The position numbers were made by a program, and so were the translations under genes. Under the pieces are notes generated by a model. That model was given only the letters and a program-made list of their open reading frames with translations. It was not told the origin of the DNA and searched no databases. A DNA stretch of 64,000 nucleotides from Azolla caroliniana (lineage: Eukaryota; Plantae; Polypodiophyta): contig JBHGNT010000020.1 of assembly GCA_043228905.1 (NCBI GenBank), positions 11,718,001-11,782,000 of the forward strand, read 5' to 3'. Position 1 is the first letter of the stretch; every line of letters begins with the position of its first letter. Positions 1-12,518 of this stretch are shown one piece after another.

Positions 1-429
1 CAATGTGGCAGTTGTTTGCTCAATGTTGGTTCAACAATTCTGTATGTAAAACATTTGCTGAATGCTGGGTGTATATATATATGGTAGGTGGCCTCAAGAA
101 TTTAGCGGCCCATGTTTTCACAAAACAATTTCAGATTTCTTTTCCTTTTTCAATAAGATGCTTTATTGACCTTTTGATGGCTGCTTTTGGCATTTGGTAT
201 CTGCAGCTGATATCTTTGACAATCTCAAACTTGAAGACTGATTTCAATCTCTCTTCACACTTTCATCAACGTAGCAAGTCTTTATGGTCTCATTACTCTA
301 GCTGGCCAACTAAAGCTGAACACAGCTTTAGTTTGTCAATGGTCACCACTTTTGCCAACATATATACTGGATTTTGGCTCCCTGGTTCTTCACCATTATT
401 AACACTTCATCTTCCAACAAAGACCTGAC

Positions 430-1740
430 GAAGTGATAATGAAGTCCAACTCAGTTAACAAAGCTTGAATCTATATCATCGCTTTACTAGCTTCAGTTCC
501 TGGTACATATTCTGCCTTTGTAGTGGATAAAAGAGCAGTCTTTTGTGGTTCCAACAGTGAATGCATAGCTGATTGTGCTTCTTCTGAGATTGACTCACCT
601 CCAAACCCTGTATCTACATATACTTGTAATTTTACTTCTTTTACTTGGTTATATTAATTTTGGTTTGCTGTTCTCAAAGATGAGACAGCATTTTAAGATG
701 TAATCTCTTGTTTGGCCTTATAGGCCATTTTGGCCGCCTAAAAGACATTCACATTTCTTTCTTTCTTTGCCAAAATACCAATACTTCTCCATGGTGCCTC
801 ATAGATACCACAAAATCCTTATGACTGCTTCCCAATGAGTTTTATCTCATTGGGAGGCAGACAGATCTAATCCAATCTAATCGTCAATTTGACATAAACC
901 TGCTAACAACTACCACTGCATGGTCATTGTCTGTCCTTATACAGACCGTTGCATACATCAAAATTCCAATAGCTGAGGCATAAGGAACCTTAAATAACGT
1001 GCCAATGGTGTGCTGACTGGCTCGCTTGGCGTCACCCATGTTGAGTCCTTGCAAAACATGGTTAATGAACTCTGCAAAACATGGTTGATGTACCCCCTCT
1101 TTGCTTATCTCATGTGATCCCTTTTTCTGAACCCATTTCCTTCATGTAAAATTGTCTTGACAACTCTGCTTCAAGCTCCAGGCCTCATTTATTTGAATCA
1201 GCTACTAACATATCGTTACATGAAGTAGCAAAATACATAACTCAAAATATATCCTGGGAAGTAACAGCAATGACAGGATTGCACCTCTGGAAACTTTCCA
1301 TGTCAAACTTTCTGTACCATGTTATCTAGAGTTTTTCTTGTACCATGTTGAACTTTCTGTACCATGCGCATAAACTGAAAAAAAAATTCTTGAGTTTGCA
1401 TACCATGTTTTGTTCCCTGTTAAACATTTTAATTGGTGCATATATATTTTCTCTTCTAAGTCTCTATGAAGAAATGTAGTCTTTACATCCAATTGCCCAA
1501 GATAAAGCTCTTCACTAGCAACATATACTCAACCCGGCCCTAATAGTATTGAGTTTCAGAGCTGGTGCTAAAATTTCGGTATGATCAACTCCTTCCTTCT
1601 GTTGGAAGCCTTGGACAACTAGTCAGGCTTTGTATCTCTTGGAACTATCACGCTTCTACTTCACTTGGTACACCAATTTGTTGTATCCTTGGTAGGCCAT
1701 CTTCCTACCAAGAGATGTTGTAGGGCAGATCCCCATGCTC
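430..1740 (-). mobile_element. Degenerate Ty1/copia RT-RNase H remnant
   Basis: Minus-strand translation gives copia motifs broken by stops and frameshifts: RYKA*LVVQGFQQKEGVD, QLDVKTTFLHRDLEEKIY, LLSTTKAEY. Boundaries are approximate. Confidence 0.75.
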
Positions 1741-3689
1741 TTCCAGTATCCAGTTTGATACTATCAATTCAGATCACTCTATTGTTTTTCACTTTGGTAA
1801 TGTTTAGATGGGTGCCTTTTAGCATACCAACCGTAAACCCATAAACGCCAAGCTTGAGTATCTTACATTTAGGGAGCTCTTAAAGCTATTGGATACCAGT
1901 CACTGATTCGAATAATGCATCAGTGATTATTAGGGCTGCTCCAATCTTCACCTGAATTATATCATGGGGCACCGATGCTTTGCTCCTTTTCATGCAGGCA
2001 AGCATTGATACTAAAGTTCTCAAAATCTTTCCAATTATTTGCCTTGTGAAGACTCGATCCTAAGGTTTCTATTCCATGAGAAGAGTCAGTTTGACAGGTG
2101 TATCATATAGCCACAATTTGCTCTTGGAATTGTATGAGTGCACATTGTCCTTCATGGGCACCAACGGCTTCATATCCACGAGAAAGTCAAACGCGAGCAA
2201 CCTTTCATACGTTGAACTGAGGCCTTGTGAATGTTGCTCCTAGGTATGGGTAGGATTGTGTCTATGCTATCTTTCCTCTCCCAAGAAAATTTCTGCTTCT
2301 GATCTCGCTACTCTCATGCTTCAATGGTGTTAAACACCTTCCTTTTAGCTTTACTTAGTTTTACTAACAAACCTTTGTTCGTACAAAATGATTTGAAGGT
2401 GTTTAGATGTCTTTGTAGTTCCTCCAAAATTTAGGGTAACAAATAGAGGGAGAGCTTAGAGACGAAAAAATTTGGCAAACATTTAATGAGGAAAATAAGA
2501 GTGATTCTTCAGTAGTATTCAGGATAGGAGTTGTACACAGTGTAACTCCTTTGATAAAAAGGTCTGCAATTGATCTGGAGACATAGGCAAATTCAGCCGA
2601 AGTCCGTTATCAAGTGAGTGGTGTAATTATTCAGCTTTTCTTTTGCATTCTCATTAATTTGGTCTTTAAGAAAGTGAACCATCTCCAATATATCCACATG
2701 TACAAATAACATGAGTCAAACCAAGTTTCTGTAGAAAAATCAGGGATCTAGACTAACTCTCATACAGCAAGATCACTTAGAAGACTTAAGAGAATATCAG
2801 TAGATTAGGGAAAAACGAGCACACTTATTACAAAGATGTAGAATCTGATTTATATAACCAGTTTCTACAGGACTTATAGACCCAAAGTTACTATATTAGG
2901 TTCACACGATTATAGCTATATTCACACCTAACAACTACCTAACTAGGTTCAAACTATTCTAAGTGTGTTCACACCCAACAGTTACTTAACTGGGTTCACA
3001 CTATTATAACAATGTTCACACCAAAGCTTTCATAGGATACACGTTAAGTGTAACAGTTTCACAATAAAAACCAAAAGGGCATACATCAAATTAATTGTGT
3101 TGAGAATCAAGCTCAACTCGTGTGAACATGTGCTTATGAAGAAAAGCACAATGTGTGAAAAAGTGCATAAGCACACTTTATTGTAATCCATGTAGTTGTC
3201 AAGTGTAAATGTGGTCAAAGAATATAAGATATTCTTATGATAGAATCGTACTTCAGCAGATATCTTGATTAGATTCCACCAACCACATTTAATGTGGCAG
3301 ACCCTTGAGGACTTGTATATAAAACCCCCTTGGCCCATTGTGTTTCGTTGATGATCTTTAGTTGATTAATATAGTTTTCTCTTCGGTGCATAAGTTGTCA
3401 TCCCTCTATTGTGTATTTTATTTTTTCTGGTTATTTTCTCTAATTCCTTCTCTTGCTCACACACCCACTCTCACACTTCCGCATACCCCAACTCTACAAG
3501 AGTTAGATTCTTTACAAATTGCAATCCAAAAACATCTTTGAATTTGTGCAAGCCTCCATCCTAATTCTTCTTCTTATCCTCCTCTGTAAATTCAATATGA
3601 AATCTCTCACAACCCACTGAAACCCATGTAATCCTTTTCTTAACTCTCAGTTTCATAGGCTATATTGGCCTTTGCAGATGATAATAGAT

Positions 3690-4767
3690 CTTTACCATCA
3701 GGAGCAAGATGATTATGCATTGGAGCTGGCTGTTGCAGATGAATAGAGAGACAATAGTTTTTAAAAGAGAGCATTGTGCCCGTGGCCTCTTATTATTCAG
3801 TCCATGTATAAAAGGTTGCAGGGCAAACTGTTCTGAATTTTTTACCTGAAGCCCTTTATTTTAGTTTTATCTATATCATATTTGGGTTCATGAAAGTGTG
3901 ATTTCAAGTGAAAATGCTAATAAAAAGAAAGAGTTTTAGAACGCATTTATCTGGTAGTGTGGATTCATACTTGTATTTGTCTATTATCTACTTATCAATT
4001 AGTTAATTCTTTTCTTCATTACACTTATCTCACACATTTACCCATTTATGCACACTTAAAAACATTATCAACTAAAAGGATCAGCGCCTTGTATGTCATG
4101 AAGGTTACCAAAACACCATGAAAGATAGTGATATGGAATGACCTATACATTCACCAGACTATTGTGACGACTGGTATCCTTATCCAAAAAGCTCCTGGTT
4201 GGCAATGTGTTTTTATTCTTGTTCATAGGTCATATAATGTCATGATCTTTGTGTTCTGTAGTACTTCTCAAAGGAATTTTCTTTGCTTGGATTGGCCAAC
4301 CGAGCAAAGAGGGAACGAAAGGAGATGAAAGGAGAAAATATGGCAAATTAGGTTGGGATGGTTCCATGGCCCAAGGAAAGAGAATGGCACCCTTCGCTTA
4401 CACCATTTCTCAAAAACAGTTGAATAAATGCTTCATGCGTGGATGACTCCCTCACTTGGATCTCCGATTATAATCTTGTGCTTCACAATTTCCCTTTGCA
4501 TAATGTATCAATGGGAAGGTTTCCATGATATAATGGTTACTTCTAATATGTATAAATATGCTCATTCAATCAGAACATGAGGGGTCATCATCATTGGATG
4601 ACTTCCTCGCTTGGATCTTTGGTCACCATCTGTATAAATAGTACAGGAACACTTCACAAGTATTTCTTATTGTGCTTTTGGCTTTGAGAACACATAGCTA
4701 TGTTACTTCATTTGGACAAAGACACTCGCTTTGTATGTGTTTTAAAACACTTCAATGCTTCATTACC
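3690..4767. pseudogene. Inverted, internally deleted duplicate of 11997-14055 (PPR 3' fragment and 3' flank plus FdC2 last exon)
   Basis: 3702-3746 (+) encodes EQDDYALELAVADE* after an intact acceptor and matches FdC2 exon 6. 4681-4767 (-) matches PPR 11997-12082. 4345-4680 matches about 12558-12885 and 4090-4340 matches about 13440-13640, all reverse-complemented. Confidence 0.85.
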
Positions 4768-5094
4768 ATCAGCAAACCGCCAGAATTACACCGGTCTATA
4801 TAATTCATCAATTTATTTATATACCTATTCACAGCAGTATATCAATTTATGAATTCCTCAATCCATCCATGTATTTAGTTAGTTATCTATCTATCCATCT
4901 GTGTATTTAGTAATTTATCTAAATATCCCTTCATGGATTTAGTTATTTATATTAATATATATGCCCATCAATTAATCTATCAAACCTCAATGGTGCTCAG
5001 TCCTAGCAAAATGATCCAACTTTTTCTAAACTCCATTTAATCCTTCACATCAACAGACTTCAGAATGACAAATTCCTCTGTTCCTATTCTCTAT

Positions 5095-5138
5095 CTCTCT
5101 ACATACATACATATTTATGTATATATATATATATATAT

Positions 5139-5177
<39 letters not shown>

Positions 5178-5280
5178 TATCCCAATGGTGCTCGGAATAT
5201 ATATACATGCTATTATACTCTCTCTCTCTCTCTCTCTCTCTATAGATATAGATATATATATATATATATATATATACATA
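5095..5280. repeat. Compound microsatellite (TA)n/(GATA)n/(CT)n
   Basis: Directly visible simple repeats. Confidence 0.9.
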
Positions 5281-5393
5281 AAAGAAAAAACATGCTAAAA
5301 AGTAAAATGAAATAGATGCGAAAAGAATTCTTCTGAATCGTTAACACTAGAAAACCTCGTAATGAATTGAGAATAGCTAAACAAAAGCACAAC

Positions 5394-5609
5394 CTGAGCA
5401 ATGTCGTCTGTGGAAGCGCATAGAGGCAGAAGGAGGTATTTTGTGGTTCTAGAGAGGCCATTGCTTCCATATCTGAGCTTGTTCAGCAACAATGACGATG
5501 ATGGTGAAGAAGAAGAAGAAGAAACCTGATTGCTGTTGTTGTTCTTGTGATGAAGAGAAGAAGAAAGTTGGAATGGTACAGAAGCTATGGAGGAGATACT
5601 CATACTCAT
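5394..5609 (-). CDS. Putative first exon encoding a plastid transit-peptide-like sequence; downstream exons unresolved (possible pseudogene or chimera)
   Basis: gccATG at 5609 opens 72 Ser-rich codons (MSMSISSIASVPFQLSSS...LPLCASTDDIAQ) ending at a CAG/GTTGTG donor. The candidate next exon at 4986-5083 has an in-frame stop. Confidence 0.45.
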
Positions 5610-5690
5610 GGCTATGTTCCCAAACACAACACACACAAATAAAGCACAAAAAGTGTTGTGTATATCATCATATATGTATGTTGTATGTAT

Positions 5691-5960
5691 ATAGTATGTA
5701 CTACGAACCATACGTGCATTCGCATTCTCGAATGATTCAATCATTCGCGTTAGTAAAACACCCTCAACGAATGATAAATACCATACTTTTGGATTAACTA
5801 TTTATTATGAGGTAAGTAAAAGCCTAAAAAATAAAAAATGGAAAAAAACATTTAAAAAAATGGGAAAAAATAAACACACACACACAAGAATGTTTGAATA
5901 ACATTCTCATTCTTTTTCCAACGAATGTTATGCTAGACGAACACGAATTTTACGTACTAT
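5691..5960. mobile_element. MITE-like element, family A (ATAGTAYG termini)
   Basis: Terminal inverted repeat atagtatgta...tacgtactat. The interior (gaaccatacgtgcattcgc...tcaatcattcg) is shared with 30236-30448. Confidence 0.6.
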
Positions 5961-6807
5961 AAATACATACTTCATAAACCATATCAATATGTACTACAAA
6001 TACATACGTACTATAATATAACCTTCACTTCTTTCTTAAATATAAATACATACTTCATAAACCATATCAATATGTATATACATAACCCGGTCCTTCTAAT
6101 CCTGTAAACCTAACTCGGCCTGAGCACCTAACCCAATCCTTCTGACCTAACCCGGGCACAACTGTGTCGCTTCCAAAACCCCGCAGTCTAACTTCCCCCC
6201 CCCCCCCCCCCCTATTTTTGGATATTTGAAACCTGTTATGTTTGCGCTTGACCAGTTGCACCTCCACCTGGTAAGTATGTACTTTCTTCTTTTGCTCATC
6301 TGTATTTATCTCTGTTTCATGATTTAGGAAAGATATGTTGAGTCTTGTATTGAGATTTACAACTTCATTTTTATCAGTATGTTGTGTATGCAAAAGGATT
6401 GTTATAAACCCTAAAATTGTATGCTTCGTCTGTCGGTGGAGATTTTGGTGGAGATTTTGACGCTTCTTCTTCTCCTTCTTTGTTTTCTTTGTTTTCTTCG
6501 TCTTCAGATCTCCATACCTTGCCGCTCTTCCATGTTTAATCCATCTTCCTTGTCAAGGTCCTCTTTTGATGTAAAGGTAGAAAAAGATGCACACCATTGT
6601 TTGATTGATGCAAAGCTAGAAAGAGTCACGATACCTAAATATTTGTTCTTCTCTGGCAGAAGTTTAATGTCCTCTGAACTAGTTTGTAGCTTTGTAGGTA
6701 AATTTTTTAGCTATTGAAAGTGATGGCGAATAATTTATGAGTAGATATTTCTCAACCAAATTTCATAGATGGTTGCTTGATCTTTAAAATTCCTTGATGT
6801 TGATGGA

Positions 6808-9117
6808 GATTGGGGTGAAAGAAAACCTAACGAGGAGGGGTACTATTCAATTCATTTTATAAAAAATGTGATAGTTATCGAACGTTCTAATGAATGTGTT
6901 CTATTTTCAGCAATGACAACAAGGGTTATGTCCGAAGGAGGACAAAAACCAACAATTCAAGATGGATCGAGGCCAAAAACAATATGGAGGGGACAAAGGC
7001 TTTAGACCGTGCAAACATCGCGGGCCAATACACCCACCGTGAGCCAACAGATGTGACAAATGTTGATGTTGTGACATATGTGACTCCAATAGGTAAGGGT
7101 TTAGATCAAGCTAATTGATACAAAATGTTTCGTTGTAATGCATATTATACATTACCGCCATTATGAAATCAAGTGGAGTTGACACCCTCTCAATATTCAA
7201 GTGTGTTTGAGATCCAATGGGGATCAATTGTCGAGTATGCATAGTTGTAGAATCATGTCGGGAAAACCCACAATGGTGTCTTAAGAAAGTGGATCTAGAG
7301 GCACATTTATTGAATGAATGAACATGGCATTAGGACCGTGCTTCCAAGGGGGTTGAAGATAGTCAATGAGGAGGAAGCGTCATAAGGTAGTCTGAAATAC
7401 TTCAACAACTACAAACGAGAGAGATCAATCAAGCGCCTTTTCTATGTTGATCTCAAATATAATGGAGTTCGCTAATCCCACTCGAGAACAATCAAGATAA
7501 AAGCACTTGAGGAATATAATGCAATCCCTAAAGAACCCCGAACCTGCATAGAGTCTGAATTTGCAGAAAACCTTACATGAATACGATTCTACAAAAGAGA
7601 AGCGGGTGGAGAAGATTAAGGCCAATATTGCAAATGGTTACAATTCTCACATGAGTATTGTATATTGGGCCGAGCGATTTTTAATAATTCTCATCAAACT
7701 AATAATATGTTTCCAATTAGAGCAATTGTAGTGTGGGGTTGAGAAGGTGCAAATGGACAAAGTAGATGGGAACATCTCAACTGCTAGTGAGCATAAGATA
7801 CATTTTGACTTGGAATCATACTCATTAATTAGAGCCAAAATCCGAATGAGATGGCCAAAGGTGGACCCGATGTTATGTTTATGTGTAGGTATTCCATCTA
7901 AGTCAAAGGAGGATTTTCAGGATGTGGACTATGTTCAGATTGCATATGGGAAAGTCATCAAATTCCTATACATGAAAAGAGGAAAGACATTCATGACTTT
8001 CCCATACACAATCTAAATGTAGGCCACATCTTCAAAGTCCTCCTCTAACTCATATGTAATCCATACACATAAGGTCGGGTCCACCTTTGGCCATCTCATT
8101 GGGATTTTGGCTCTAATCAGCTGGTATGTTTACAAGTTAGAATGTGTCTTATGCCCATTGGCAACTGAGATTTTTCCATCTTCTTTGCCCATTTACACCT
8201 TCTCATCCCTACACTACAATTGCTCAAATTGGAAACATATTATTAGTTTGATGAGAATTATTAAAAACAGGTCAACCCAAAATACAATACTTACATAAGA
8301 ATCGTAACCTTTTGCAAATTGGCCTTAATCTTCTCCATTCGCTTCTCTTTTGTGGAATTGTATTTGTTGATCTCGTGGCATGTAAGGTTTTGTTCAAAAA
8401 GTTGACTCCGTGAAGGTTTGGAGTTCTTTAGGGATTGCATTGTATTCATCAAGTGCTTTTATCTTGATTGTTCTCAAGTGGGATTGGCGAACTCTATTAT
8501 ATTTGAGATCAACATTCAAAACGCGCTTGATTGATCTCTCTCGTTTGTAGTGGCTAAAGTATTTCAAACTACCTTCCAACACTTCATCCTCTTCCACTAT
8601 CTTCAACCCTCTTGGAAGCATGGTCCTAATGCCATGTTCATTCAATAAATGTGCATCTAGATCCACTTTCTTATGAAACCATCGTGGGTTTTCCCAACAT
8701 GACTCAGAAACTATGCATACTCGACATTTGATCCCCATCGTATCTTGAACACATTTGAACTTTGAGAGGGTGTCAACTTCACTTGATTTCACAATGGCGA
8801 TAATGTATGCATTACAACAAAACATTTTGTGTCGATTAGCCTTATCTAAGCCCTTATATGTTGGAGTCACATATGTTACAACATCAACAACGTCTATTGG
8901 CTCGCGATGTCAGCACTTTCTAAAGCCTTTTCCCCCTCCATATTGTTTTGGGCCTCCATCCATCTTGAATTGTTGGTTTTTATCCTCCTTCGTACATATA
9001 CCTTGTTGCCATCGCTGAAAATCGATCACATTCATTAGAGACTTCGATGACTATCACATTTTTGATAAAATGAATTGAATAGTACGCCTCCTCAGTGGGC
9101 TTTCTTTCACCCCAATC
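6808..9117. repeat. About 2.3-kb fold-back inverted repeat of degenerate, probably transposon-derived coding sequence
   Basis: 6808-7958 is the diverged reverse complement of 7993-9117, with a loop of about 35 nt. The arms encode a decayed ORF containing CRVC...HLLNEH. Confidence 0.85.
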
Positions 9118-9570
9118 TTTAATCCGCAGGTATGATTCCAAGTCAGAATGTGTCTTATGCATGCATGTCATGCATGAATGTGCACATGGAGGGAGGTGAA
9201 GGACCAAGGGCATTGGGTGAAAATAATGAAAATACAGGGGTAGTTTTGGGGGTTTTGTAAAACGCTTCTCCTCTGACATGGGTCTTTTTGTTTTTCGATG
9301 GAGGAGGCATTTGCATGCGTAGAGTAAGATTGGCTATGGCTACTCAGAAGGTTCACAATGGAAGGATTGAGGATTTGTGGAAACAATACTTCAGGGACCC
9401 CCTTTTGTGGCATGACAACAGAAGTACAAAGGTGAGGAACAGAAAGTAGACGACATTCTTCTTCTTCTTCTTCTGGTCTATTATTTTTAGTTTGATTTCT
9501 CTTTCGTTTTTTAATTTTTGTTTTTTGTGTTTTTAAAATTTTTATTTATCCATTTATTTGTTTATTCTTG

Positions 9571-12518
9571 ATGCAGTGTAGCGCAGTCTCCCCTGATTTC
9601 AGGCACAAAATCTCTTCTTCTCAGTCTCTATGGATTGATGGGTTGTTTAATCCTTGTTGGGTTTCTGAGGAGCTCATCAGAAGAGCAGAGATGGAAACCC
9701 ATAGAGAGCTAAAAACCAGGTACGTGGAAGAAGAATAAGAAGAGGGATAGGAAGAGAAAATCGATGGAAATGATAAGGGAACATTTCAATTTTACTTATT
9801 ATGGCTCGTACAAAGAAGAAGGATCTCTAATATGGGTTGCTTAAAACTAGGTACGAAAAAGAAGAAAAAGAAGAAGAGATTAGGTATGAAAATCCTAAGG
9901 AAGGTTTTGATTCTACTTACGTTTCCTTGCTTATGAGTTGTACAAAGAAGAAAGATCTATGTAAAGGTGCTAAATTACATGCCCATATTCTAAAAATGGG
10001 TTTACTTGATAAAGGGAGCTCTTACCTAGGGAGTGCTTTGATCAACATGTATGCCAAATGTGGAAACCTTCAAGAAGCAAGACAAGTTCTTGAAGAGCTT
10101 TCATTCAGATGTGTAGTTTCTTGGAATTCTTTGATTTCAGGATATTGCCAACATAGACAATCTCGAGAAGCTATAGATTGCTTTGAGCAAATGCAAAATG
10201 AGGGCATCTCACCCGACGTCGTCACTTTCACATGCATCTTAAAGGCATGCGGCAAGACTAAAAATGTACAAATGGGAAAGCAAATCCATGAAGAGATCAT
10301 CAATATGGGCTTACTAGAAAAGGATGTTGTGCTCGGTACTGCTTTAGTAGATATGTATATAAAATGTGGTGAGCTTGAAAAAGCAAAGAAAGTTCTTATA
10401 GAGCTTCCTGTCCGAGATGTGGTAACTTGGAATGCATTAATTGCAGGGTACGCTCAAGAAGGGCAAGGCCATGAAGCATTAATTTGTTTCGAATGGATGC
10501 AAAGTGAGGGCTTCTCTTCCGATTTGGTCACTTTTCTCTCAGTCTTGAAGGCATGTGGTGTCTCAAGAGATGTGGATAAAGGAAAACTTTTCCATGATGA
10601 GATTGTGGCCAAAGGTTTGTTGGGAAAAGATATAGCAATTGGGAATGCTGTGATCGATATGTATGCTAAATGTGGTGCTCTAACAAAAGCACATCAAGTG
10701 CTTGAAGATCTCCCCTTTCGAAATGCAATATCTTGGAACTCATTAGTTGCAGGGTATGCTCTAGAGGGGCAAGATCATTATGCGTTGAACTGTTTTGAAC
10801 AGATGCAAAGTGAGGGCATCTCACCTGATCCAGTCACATTTATTTGTATTTTGAATGCATGTGCCAAAACGAGAGCTATAGACAAGGGCAAACAAATTCA
10901 TGAAGAAATTGTAAGTCGTGGATTGCTGGAAAAGAATAGTGTTCTCGGTAATGCTTTGGTGGATATGTATGCTAAATGTGGTGTGCTTGTAAAAGCTCAA
11001 GCAGTGCTTGAAAAGCTTCCTGATCGTGATGTAGTTACTTGGTCTGCAATTATTGCAGGGTATGCAGAACAAGGGCAAGGCCAAGAAGCTCTTAAGTGTT
11101 TCGAAAAAATGCAAAACGAAGGTCTCTCGCCCAATGTGGTTACATTGATTTCCATCTTGAAGGCATGTGGAAATACAGGGGCTGTAAACAAGGGCAAACA
11201 AATTCATGATGAAATCATTAGTAGGGGATTGTTGCCAAACAATGTTCTGCTTGGCACCGCTCTGGTGGATATGTATGCCAAATGTGGGATCCTCGCAAAA
11301 GCTCAACAAGTTCTAGAAGAGCTTCCTGTGAAGGACATAGTCTCTTGGTCTGCTCTCCTTGCAGGGTATGGTCAACAAGGGCAAGTTAATGAGGCACTAG
11401 AATGTTTTGAACATATGCAAAGCCAAGGTCTCTCTCCCGATGAAGTGACTTTTGTTTGCATCCTCAAGGCTTGTGGCAGCGCACATTCTTTAGACAAGGG
11501 CAAACAAGTCCATGATGAAATTGTGAGCAAAGGATTTTTGGAGAAGAATGTGATGCTTGGAAATGCTTTGGTGGATATGTATTGCAAATGTGGTGCTCTT
11601 GCAAAAGCACAAGAGGTTTTCAAAGAGCTTCCTTCTCGTGACATAATATCGTGGAATTCACTAATTGCAGGGTATGCCCAACAAGGGCAATATCACAAAG
11701 CAATGAACCTTTTCGAACATATGCGGAAGGAGGGTTTTAGCCCTGATGCAGTCAGCTTTATATGCATATTGCAAGCATGTGGCATCATAGGAGCTATAGA
11801 CAAAGGGAAAAAAATTCATGATGAGATTGTGGATAGGGGCTTATTGGAGAAGGATACGGTTCTTGGCAATGCTTTGGTGGACATGTATGCGAAATGCGGT
11901 TTGCTTACAAAAGCCCAAGGAGTCCTTTGGGAACTTCCTGTCCGTGATATCGTCTCTTGGAATGCACTAATTTCAGGATATGCTGAAAAAAAACAAGGTA
12001 ATGAAGCATTGAGGTGTTTTAAACACCTGCAAAGTGAGGGTCTTTCTCCAAATGAAGTAACATTGCTATGTGTTCTCAAAGCATGTTGTCATTCGGCGCT
12101 ATTGAATGAGATCCGATTGATTTTTAAAGATATGGTAAGTAAATATGGCATTACTCCAAATATAGAACACCATACTTGCATGATCATGGCTTTTGGATCT
12201 GCTGGTCTCTTTGAGAAAGCATTGTCAGTGATTAAAGCAATGCCATCTTCTGATGACCCCGTGGTTTGGCTTGCGTTATTGGGTGCTTGTAGGAAATGGG
12301 GAAATGTGGAGCTTGGGAAATTGGCTTTTGATCAGGCCATGCAGTTGGATAGTAGTTGTGCTGCAGCCTATGTTGTTCTAGTTGATCTTTTCACTCTCGC
12401 TGGCATGCAAGAGGATGCAGAGAAAGCTGAAGCCATGAGACTGAAATATGCTAACCAGAAAAGCAAGAAAATAGTGCATCGGCTTGATTCAAGTATGTGG
12501 GGACATCAAACATTTTGA
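9571..12518 (+). CDS. PLS-class pentatricopeptide repeat protein, E-type without DYW domain; exons 9571-9719 and 9851-12518
   Basis: Repeated P-L-S triplets (GNALVDMYAKCG / VSWNALIAGYAQ / VTFICILKAC) followed by E-like motifs (VWLALLGACRKWGNVELG, AAYVVL). Exon 1 (MQCSAVSPDF...ELKT) joins in phase 2 through a GT-AG intron at 9720-9850. The start codon is less certain than the PPR call. Confidence 0.92.

Noticed and set aside
660-760. Similarity to about 13230-13330 as part of the inverted duplication
   Set aside because: It is in direct orientation and embedded in the copia remnant, so it is probably a dispersed repeat fragment.
9837-9850. ORF-track start of the PPR at TTG 9837
   Set aside because: It is a non-ATG start lying inside the predicted intron. 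An upstream exon joins in frame.
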